Shown here: one piece after another, positions 1 through 6,956 of the stretch | Layout: every line of letters starts with the position of its first letter | How positions within the stretch are numbered: position 1 is the stretch's first letter | Assembly (NCBI GenBank): GCA_041659405.1 | Contig: JBAZYK010000003.1 | Coordinates: 120,001-152,000, forward strand | Source of the DNA: Candidatus Altimarinota bacterium | Lineage (GTDB): Bacteria > Patescibacteriota > Gracilibacteria > UBA1369 | Reading direction: 5' to 3' | Length of the DNA: 32,000 nucleotides | Translations under genes and position numbers: made by a program | Notes under the pieces: generated by a model | What the model saw: only the letters and a program-made list of their open reading frames with translations | The model's database searches: none | What the model was told of the DNA's origin: nothing

Positions 1-1188
1 GGAGGCCAAGCAGACGATTATTTCGTTACTGAACATGAATATATCGTTGTGTATTGTCGTTCAGACGTTTTTCAGTGGAAAGATGAGTTAGTTCCTGTTG
101 ACGAGGCGAAATTTAACAAAGAGGATGAAAAAGGTAGATATACCGCTGTTAAATTAGCTAAATGGGGCAATACTTCTCGAAAGGAGGATAGGCCTTCTAT
201 GTATTACCCTGTAAAAATGCCTGATGATAAAAATGTTTATCCAATTGCTCCAGATGGTGGGGAAGGGCGTTGGCGAGTTGGCAAAAAACGAATGCAGGAA
301 CTTCTTGAAAATGATTTAGTATTCTGGGGTGAATCAAAAGGAACAATAATTCCTTATGAAAAAATTTACCGTAATGGGTCTGAAATACAAGCCTTGAAAG
401 ACAGGAGCGTTTTATATGAACTAGCTTCTACTGGTGATGGCACTAATGTTTTAACTGAAATTTTTGGAAAAAAAGATTTATTTGAAAATCCTAAACCCAT
501 TCAGCTTGTTCATTTTTTTGCAAGAAATAATACAGGTGATAATGATTTAATTTTAGATTTTTTCGCCGGCTCCGGCACGGCTGCCCACGCCGTCATGCAA
601 CTAAATGCCGAAGATGGCGGCAACCGGAAATGGATTTGCGTACAATTACCAGAAAAATGCAAAGAAGGAACTGAGGCACTAAAAACCGGTTTTGTAACAA
701 TTGCCGATATTGCCAAAGAGCGTATTCGTAGAGCTGGCAAGAAAATTAAAGAAGGGGCAAAGGATAAGAAACTTGATCTTGGATTTAAGGCTTTTAAACT
801 TGATGAAAGCAATTTCAAAATCTGGAATACACAAATAGCAAATGTAGAACAGCTTGAACAGCAATTGATGGATTTCATCGACAATGTCCGTCCTGAATCC
901 TCAGCTGAAGACATGCTTTATGAACTTATATTAAAGAGTGGCAAGGAACTGAATATCGCGATTGAAGAAAAACAGGCCGATGGATGCAAATATCATCGAA
1001 TTGGTGATGGCTCTTTGATTATTTGTTTAGCGGACAAACTCACAAGACCACTCTTTGAGACTATTTTAAAAGACAAGCCGGAAAAGATCATCACTTTGGA
1101 TCGATCTTTTGCCAATAACGACCAACTCAAAATCAACATAATGCTGGATGCAGAACGCGCAGGGGTGAAGGAATTTAAAGTAATCTAA
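1..1188 (+). CDS. mod: Type III restriction-modification system methyltransferase (Mod subunit), 5' truncated by the window edge
   Basis: The frame is open from base 1 (GGQADDYFVTEHEYIVVYCRSDVFQW...), so the tracked start at 49 (GTG) is probably internal. It contains methyltransferase motif I DFFAGSGTAAHAV and the Mod-like stretch GGNRKWICVQLPEKC. A matching Res subunit lies downstream. Confidence 0.88.
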   Translation, partial: GGQADDYFVTEHEYIVVYCRSDVFQWKDELVPVDEAKFNKEDEKGRYTAVKLAKWGNTSRKEDRPSMYYPVKMPDDKNVYPIAPDGGEGRWRVGKKRMQELLENDLVFWGESKGTIIPYEKIYRNGSEIQALKDRSVLYELASTGDGTNVLTEIFGKKDLFENPKPIQLVHFFARNNTGDNDLILDFFAGSGTAAHAVMQLNAEDGGNRKWICVQLPEKCKEGTEALKTGFVTIADIAKERIRRAGKKIKEGAKDKKLDLGFKAFKLDESNFKIWNTQIANVEQLEQQLMDFIDNVRPESSAEDMLYELILKSGKELNIAIEEKQADGCKYHRIGDGSLIICLADKLTRPLFETILKDKPEKIITLDRSFANNDQLKINIMLDAERAGVKEFKVI

Positions 1189-1198
1189 AAATCACTTT

Positions 1199-1450
1199 AT
1201 GGAGCCACTAAAATTTTCTGACCACAAGGCAAAAATCATCGAAGCTCTCAATGCCCGAGGCCCACAACTTGGCATTCTTGAACCAATAGCTTTGGTAGAA
1301 GGATTTATTAATCAGCCATTACAAATGGAATTTACGGGGGGACTAGTTATTGGCGGCCCAGCAATTCCTATGGTTGCCGTTGTTGGTAATAACAGTGGAA
1401 GAATTTACTATTTTGCCCTTAAAGCTTTATTACCAGATATTCAATTATAA
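1199..1450 (+). CDS. Small hypothetical protein (83 aa) within the type III R-M operon
   Basis: ATG start 10 nt after the mod stop; the stop at 1450 is one nucleotide before the next ATG (1452). The frame is operon-packed and the protein composition looks coding (MEPLKFSDHKAKIIEALNARG...GRIYYFALKALLPDIQL). Confidence 0.7.
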   Translation: MEPLKFSDHKAKIIEALNARGPQLGILEPIALVEGFINQPLQMEFTGGLVIGGPAIPMVAVVGNNSGRIYYFALKALLPDIQL

Positions 1451-1451
1451 A

Positions 1452-2174
1452 ATGGCTGATCCAATAAAAACAGCTACAGATAGGCCTGATACAACCCCTG
1501 CGACATTTGATGCTCCAACAGCTGCAGCACCCGTGGTTGCCCCTGCGTCTGGAGGAACTCCTGTTGGTCAAAATGTCACCACTCAGCAAGGAGAACAAAC
1601 TGTTCTTTCAAAATCAGATGTTGAAAAAATGATAAATGATGCAGTTGGAAAAGTTGATGAAAAAATACTGCCAATCACTGGGAAAATAGATAAATTCGAA
1701 AAAAGATTAGTAACTGATAAGGCCAGTTTAATGACTGTTTTTGGAATTTTTGCTTCTGTTGTTACATTTCTTTCTGTCGAAATTCAGTTTTTAAAAAATG
1801 TATGTGACCCACTACGTTTGGTCGGTTTTAGTCTGATTTTGCTGGCTTCACTGCTCTCATTTGTTTGGATTCTACACCTAATCGCTAATTATTGGATAAA
1901 CGAAAAAGTTAAAGACCATCCGAAACTGTTAGTGTTTTTTATATTTTTATTGTTTGTTTTTGGAGGATGGCTATTGTTTGCGGGTAAGGATGAAATTTCA
2001 TGCAGAGAAAATTTTTTGTATGAAAAATACAGCAACGATTTTAATACACGGCAGATTGAATTGAAGGATGGATTGGATAAGGAAATGAATGGATTTCAAG
2101 AACAATGGAGTTCGGATTTTAAAAATTTAGAACAAAAGATTAACGATATAAACAATAAAGCTAAAACACCATGA
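1452..2174 (+). CDS. Hypothetical membrane protein: Ala/Pro-rich N-terminus, about three TM segments, charged coiled-coil-like C-terminus
   Basis: The ORF track gives 1350, but ATG at 1452 (MADPIKTATDRP...) directly follows the upstream stop. Hydrophobic segments: LMTVFGIFASVVTFLSV, LVGFSLILLASLLSFVWILHLIA, LLVFFIFLLFVFGGWLLFAG. The stop overlaps the res start (ATGA, 2171-2174). Confidence 0.75.
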   Translation: MADPIKTATDRPDTTPATFDAPTAAAPVVAPASGGTPVGQNVTTQQGEQTVLSKSDVEKMINDAVGKVDEKILPITGKIDKFEKRLVTDKASLMTVFGIFASVVTFLSVEIQFLKNVCDPLRLVGFSLILLASLLSFVWILHLIANYWINEKVKDHPKLLVFFIFLLFVFGGWLLFAGKDEISCRENFLYEKYSNDFNTRQIELKDGLDKEMNGFQEQWSSDFKNLEQKINDINNKAKTP

Positions 2175-4924
2175 AACTAAAATTTGAAGCCAATCAGGGA
2201 TATCAACTGGAAGCGATTCAATCAATCGTGGAAGTGTTTGAAGGCCAGCCACTGGAAAGCGGAGATTTTGAAATAGAAATAGCTCCAACTTCAAATCAGC
2301 TTCAAATTGGAAGCGAACTTTTGGTAGGAAATAGGCTTGTTATAGCCGAAAGCGAAATCATTAAAAATATTCATAAAATCCAAGGAAGAAATGGATTGGA
2401 GAAATCTAAAAAACAGATGGCTTCTAGCGGTTTCGGGTCTTCCGGGTTTGGCAGTGGTGGATTTGGTGGTGAGCCTGCCGAATATCTGGAAAGATTACAA
2501 GACGGCATGCACTTTTCGGTGGAAATGGAGACCGGTACGGGAAAAACCTACGTTTACCTCCGCACAATCCACGAGTTATACGCAAAATATGGATTTAAGA
2601 AATTTATTATCGTTGTGCCGAGCATTGCCATCAAAGAAGGCGTAATCAAAAATTTGGAAATCACGAAAGAGCATTTTGCCATGCTCTACAACAATCCGGA
2701 GATGGATTTTCATCTGTATGATCCACGCAAACGCGGACAGCTAAAGAATTTTTCAACAACAAACGCTTTGCAGATTTTAGTTATAAATATCGATTCTTTT
2801 GCCAAAAAGGACAATATCATCAATCAGGAATCAGACTGGGGCGTTCCGATTGAATACATCAAAGCTGTGAGGCCAATTGTGATTGTAGATGAGCCACAAA
2901 ATATGGAAACGCCAATTCGTAAGGAGGCAATTGCCAATTTGAATCCGCTCTGTACACTTCGTTTTTCCGCTACACACAAACATCCTTACAATCTTTTATA
3001 CAAGCTTGATCCGGTGCGTGCGTATGATTTGGGCCTGGTTAAAAAGATTGAGGTGGATTCCGTGTTTTCTGAAGATGCCTTTAATGAGGCTTATTTGCGA
3101 GTATTGGAAATTAAGAGCAATAAAATGAAAATTACAGCAAAAGTGGAGATTGATAAAAGCGATGATTATGGACTTCAGAAAAAGGCGGTGATATTACGAT
3201 CCGGTGATGATCTGTATCCCCTTTCCGGCCACCGTGAAGTTTATAAAGAAGGATATGTTTTGGACCAGATTAATATGGCTGAAAAATATGTATCTTTCAC
3301 GAATGGAAAAACTTATTACATTGGACAAAAGGATGAGGGACTTTTGGAAGAGATCATGAAATATCAAATCATTAAGACGATCCAAAATCATTTTGAAAAA
3401 GAGAAAAAGCTCAAAGATAAAGGCATAAAAGTCTTGTCACTGTTCTTTATCGATAAAGTGGCAAATTACAGAAGTTATAGTGAAAATGGCTGGGTGAAAG
3501 GCAAATTTGCCCAATGGTTCGAAGAAATTTACAAAGAATTTCAGGCAAAACCACAGTTTAAAGGGGTTTTGGAACATTCTGCGGACATAGTGCACAACGG
3601 CTACTTTTCTCAGGATAAAAAAACCGGTGCCTGGAAAGATTCAAAAGATAAAGGCGACGAAGGCGGCTCTTCTAAAGATGATGAACAGGCTTATGAATTG
3701 ATTATGAAAGATAAAGAGCGATTGTTGGACGTAAACACGCCTTTACGGTTTATTTTTAGCCATTCTGCACTTCGTGAAGGTTGGGACAATCCGAATGTTT
3801 TTCAAATTTGTACGCTGAATGAGACCCACTCTGAAATGAAGAAAAGACAGGAAATTGGCCGTGGTTTACGTTTGCCGGTAAATCAGGATGGCGAGCGTGT
3901 GTTTGACCAGAACATCAATATCTTGACGGTGATTGCGAACGAAAGTTATGAAAGTTTTGCCAGATCTTTGCAGACGGAAATTGAGGAAGAATGCGGAGTA
4001 AGTTTCACCGGAAGAATTAAAGATAAAAACAAGCGAAAACCGATACTCTTAAAAAAGGGTTATGAACTTGATCCAAATTTTAAGGATTTATGGGAAAAGA
4101 TCAAACAAAAAACGAAATACGATGTGAATTATCAGACGGCAGAATTGGTCAAAGAAGCGGCAAAAGTTTTGAAAGATATAGCGATTACCAAGCCAAGAAT
4201 CAGCAATGTCCGCGTGAGGCTGGAAATGAATGAAAAAGGTATTGAAACGCAAATGATAACAAGTTCAGGACAGGTAATTGAGAATAATTACGATCTTTCT
4301 TTGATTCCCGATGTTTTGGGCGGCATTCAGGCAAAAACCAAGCTTACAAAAACCACTATTCTGGATATTTTTAATAAAGCCGGAAAAATGACCGACATTC
4401 TGGTAAATCCTCAACAGCTCATGGATGAAGGAAGCAGAATTATTAACGAAACTCTCAATAAAATGATAGTGGATGGAATCAAGTATGAAAAAATTGCCGG
4501 AAGTTTTTACGAGATGCAACTATTTGAAAATGAAGAACTTGAGGGCTATTTGGATAAGTTGGTAGAGGTCAAAGATCAGAAGAAGACACTTTATGACCAT
4601 ATCCTTGTCGATTCAAGCGTAGAAAGCCAGTTTGCGCGAGATTTGGAAACCAGAGAGGACGTAAAATTTTACTTCAAGCTTCCGGGATGGTTCAAAATTA
4701 AAACTCCAATGGGGGGCTATAATCCGGACTGGGCGATAGTTTTTGAAAATGATAAACGAATTTATTTTGTTGCCGAAACGAAATCGGAAGGAGAAATCAG
4801 GGAAAGTGAGGAAATGAAAATCAAATGCGGCAGAAAACACTTTAATACTCTAGGTAATGTCCTTTTTGGTCGCGTGGAAAAAGTTGAAAATATACTTTTA
4901 GGAACTTTGGAGGGAAATCAATAA
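2171..4924 (+). CDS. res: Type III restriction endonuclease Res subunit (SF2 helicase plus C-terminal nuclease)
   Basis: Walker A METGTGKTYVYL, motif II VDEPQNME, motif VI-like RQEIGRGLRLPV, and a C-terminal PD...(E)xK-like PDWAIVFENDKRIYFVAETKSEG. Confidence 0.92.
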   Translation: MKLKFEANQGYQLEAIQSIVEVFEGQPLESGDFEIEIAPTSNQLQIGSELLVGNRLVIAESEIIKNIHKIQGRNGLEKSKKQMASSGFGSSGFGSGGFGGEPAEYLERLQDGMHFSVEMETGTGKTYVYLRTIHELYAKYGFKKFIIVVPSIAIKEGVIKNLEITKEHFAMLYNNPEMDFHLYDPRKRGQLKNFSTTNALQILVINIDSFAKKDNIINQESDWGVPIEYIKAVRPIVIVDEPQNMETPIRKEAIANLNPLCTLRFSATHKHPYNLLYKLDPVRAYDLGLVKKIEVDSVFSEDAFNEAYLRVLEIKSNKMKITAKVEIDKSDDYGLQKKAVILRSGDDLYPLSGHREVYKEGYVLDQINMAEKYVSFTNGKTYYIGQKDEGLLEEIMKYQIIKTIQNHFEKEKKLKDKGIKVLSLFFIDKVANYRSYSENGWVKGKFAQWFEEIYKEFQAKPQFKGVLEHSADIVHNGYFSQDKKTGAWKDSKDKGDEGGSSKDDEQAYELIMKDKERLLDVNTPLRFIFSHSALREGWDNPNVFQICTLNETHSEMKKRQEIGRGLRLPVNQDGERVFDQNINILTVIANESYESFARSLQTEIEEECGVSFTGRIKDKNKRKPILLKKGYELDPNFKDLWEKIKQKTKYDVNYQTAELVKEAAKVLKDIAITKPRISNVRVRLEMNEKGIETQMITSSGQVIENNYDLSLIPDVLGGIQAKTKLTKTTILDIFNKAGKMTDILVNPQQLMDEGSRIINETLNKMIVDGIKYEKIAGSFYEMQLFENEELEGYLDKLVEVKDQKKTLYDHILVDSSVESQFARDLETREDVKFYFKLPGWFKIKTPMGGYNPDWAIVFENDKRIYFVAETKSEGEIRESEEMKIKCGRKHFNTLGNVLFGRVEKVENILLGTLEGNQ

Positions 4925-4933
4925 TCCAAGATC

Positions 4934-4959
4934 TAAACCCGTCGAATTCGACGGGTTTA
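4934..4959 (+). terminator. Perfect 26-bp palindrome downstream of res, a possible transcription terminator
   Basis: TAAACCCGTCGAATTCGACGGGTTTA is exactly self-complementary and starts 9 nt after the res stop codon. It has only a short T/A-rich tail. Confidence 0.6.
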
Positions 4960-5030
4960 ATTGGAAAGTTAGTCATTGCATTCCAGGCTAGATCCACTAT
5001 CATGAAAAAAAAATCTTAACCAATAAATAT

Positions 5031-5495
5031 ATGAATCTAAATCCAGGTCAAAATCCGAATCCTATCAAAGGTTTCAAGCTTCCTAAAATTGTTATGATAG
5101 GATCAATCATCGGTCTTATTGGTACTATTCTTGGTTTAATTGGCGGAGGGATTGGAATATATGCCGCAATGAATCCACAAGGTGTCTTTAACTTTTTACA
5201 AAAGCAAAACATTTTAAATATTGGGAAGATGTTCCCCCAAGAATTGACTAATCCGGAAGTGCTATCGCAGGAATTGGTCAAAACCGGAAAAACGGCAAAG
5301 GCTAAAATAGTTGCTTTGGAGGATACCGGTAACACTTTTAATATGATGCCGGTTGTCAAAATGACTTTTGAAGTTGAGCCGGGAGTACAAGTTGTTATTA
5401 CTCAACCCATCGCAAGAGTCAACTTACCTTCTGTCGGTCAGTATGCTGAAATTTTGTATGATCCCAACGATCTTACAAAAGCCGCAATTAAATAG
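5031..5495 (+). CDS. Small predicted membrane-anchored hypothetical protein (154 aa)
   Basis: ORF with one or two hydrophobic segments near the N-terminus (VMIGSIIGLIGTILGLIGGGIGIYAAM), followed by a soluble beta-rich-looking domain (GKTAKAKIVALEDTG...MTFEVEPGVQVVITQP). Confidence 0.7.
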   Translation: MNLNPGQNPNPIKGFKLPKIVMIGSIIGLIGTILGLIGGGIGIYAAMNPQGVFNFLQKQNILNIGKMFPQELTNPEVLSQELVKTGKTAKAKIVALEDTGNTFNMMPVVKMTFEVEPGVQVVITQPIARVNLPSVGQYAEILYDPNDLTKAAIK

Positions 5496-5511
5496 CGCAC
5501 CTATCAAACCG

Positions 5512-6756
5512 CTAAAGTTTTTCCGGAACTTCAAAGGCTACCAAAAATGCACTTCCGGATTGCTTGCCAGCTTCAAACCATTTCATAAATTTTGACGTAA
5601 CAGCATCTAAACCGGTTCCTTCCGCCAAACCAGCCGTTAAAGCTTTCGCCATTACTATTTGTTGTACCCCGTTATCAGACCCGAGATCTTTCATCAAACT
5701 ACTGGAAGCAAGGACAATAATATCCCCTTCCCCAATACCTCCAACTTTAGAATCTACAGGTTCAAATTTTTCAAAACCGGCCGCCATAGTATAAGCACCA
5801 GCCACAGCTTCTTCAGAAAGCCCCAAATCCTTAGAAGCTTCTGACAAACGTTCAGCACGGGCACCCAATTTGTTTTTATCCCATTTATTCCAAACTGTCT
5901 GCACTGGAAGTGAATCCAGCTCAAAACCGGCTTCACTTTCCGGATTTCTGTGGATGACAAAATACTGAATATCGCCAGCCGACGACACCTCCAGGACGTG
6001 CTCTTTTAAATCAAGTTCCGCTGCCAAAACAGCCACATTCGAAGAATTGGGCGCAATTGAAGAACTGGATTTAAGACCTTTTACAGCTTTATCCATCAAA
6101 GAAAGCATATCCGAAGAAGTAATTCCCGGATCAAAATTCAAAGCATGCGCAACACTAACCAAAGCCCCATTTGCCAAGATAGCAGCGTCTTTTTCCCCAG
6201 AAGAACCTTCCCCTTTAGCATCTGCGGCAAAAATTTGTAATTTATTGTTATCAACATCAGTCACAAGACCAAAACCAGCCCTATTTTTTGATGGATGATC
6301 AACATCCTGCACAACACCTGGAACCAAATGTCCAACAAAAGTTTTTCCACCCAGATCACAAATCAGCTCTTCATCTTCATTGGAACCACAAACCAAAGCA
6401 AGCGCCCGGGCATCAAGTAATTCCACAGAAGTAGGATCACCTTCTTTTAAGGGGAGACCCAATTCATGTAAATTCGTTATTCCCGGTTTTAAAACCAAAT
6501 CGGCATTACTGATTTTCGATCCAATCAGATTTTCTTTTGGACTTATTACATCCACAACCAATTTTCCACTTTCAGACCGAATACCAGGAACGACCTCTTC
6601 ACCTCCTTTAATAGACAAGTCCCAGTCTAATTCGCCTGATTCAGGCTTCTTTCCCAATCGATCATCCGGCACTGACACCACCCTGGATGTTTGATCATCA
6701 CCATCGTCACCACCATCTGGAGTTTGATTTGCCGCAAATTTTTTTATATCTCCCAT
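5512..6756 (-). CDS. PP2C-like (PPM family) phosphatase-fold protein, possibly catalytically degenerate
   Basis: Order of PP2C-like blocks: NRAGFGLVTDVD, KLQIFAADAKGEGSSGEKDA, SSNVAVLAAELDLKEHVLEVSSAGDIQ, GEGDIIVLASSSLMKDLG. Canonical DG/GDSR/SDGL residues are partly replaced. Acidic, disordered-looking N-terminus. Confidence 0.5.
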   Translation of the reverse strand: MGDIKKFAANQTPDGGDDGDDQTSRVVSVPDDRLGKKPESGELDWDLSIKGGEEVVPGIRSESGKLVVDVISPKENLIGSKISNADLVLKPGITNLHELGLPLKEGDPTSVELLDARALALVCGSNEDEELICDLGGKTFVGHLVPGVVQDVDHPSKNRAGFGLVTDVDNNKLQIFAADAKGEGSSGEKDAAILANGALVSVAHALNFDPGITSSDMLSLMDKAVKGLKSSSSIAPNSSNVAVLAAELDLKEHVLEVSSAGDIQYFVIHRNPESEAGFELDSLPVQTVWNKWDKNKLGARAERLSEASKDLGLSEEAVAGAYTMAAGFEKFEPVDSKVGGIGEGDIIVLASSSLMKDLGSDNGVQQIVMAKALTAGLAEGTGLDAVTSKFMKWFEAGKQSGSAFLVAFEVPEKL

Positions 6757-6780
6757 AAAATTTCTTAATTACATCAGTAT

Positions 6781-6809
6781 ATAATACAACAAATATCCAA
6801 ATATTACAA
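6781..6809 (-). promoter_or_regulatory. Candidate sigma70-like promoter for the PP2C-like gene
   Basis: On the minus strand, TTGTAA (6809-6804), 17-nt spacer, TATTAT (6786-6781), upstream of the start at 6756. Confidence 0.4.
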
Positions 6810-6956
6810 CGCAACCACGCCTCATATCTTACAATTATTCCCTCAAAAATATTTCAACAAAGGTCCCGCTTGACCAAACCCGGGCGGAAAGCGAATAGAC
6901 TAAACCGGCATCTTGGCATAAACTGGCTACGCTTTTTAATGAGTCCCTGCCTTACT

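Noticed and set aside
510-914. 134-aa minus-strand ORF inside mod, and similar small antisense ORFs in res (3194-3391, 4265-4519, 4613-4840)
   Set aside because: They lie fully within motif-supported coding sequence on the opposite strand, with no independent evidence.
6870-6956. N-terminal extension of the helicase ORF
   Set aside because: MTKPGRKANRLNRHLGINWLRFLMSPCLT precedes the canonical exonuclease start MPYVALDLETTG and overlaps a possible promoter (TTGGCA-N16-TTTAAT, 6913-6940). It is likely non-coding.
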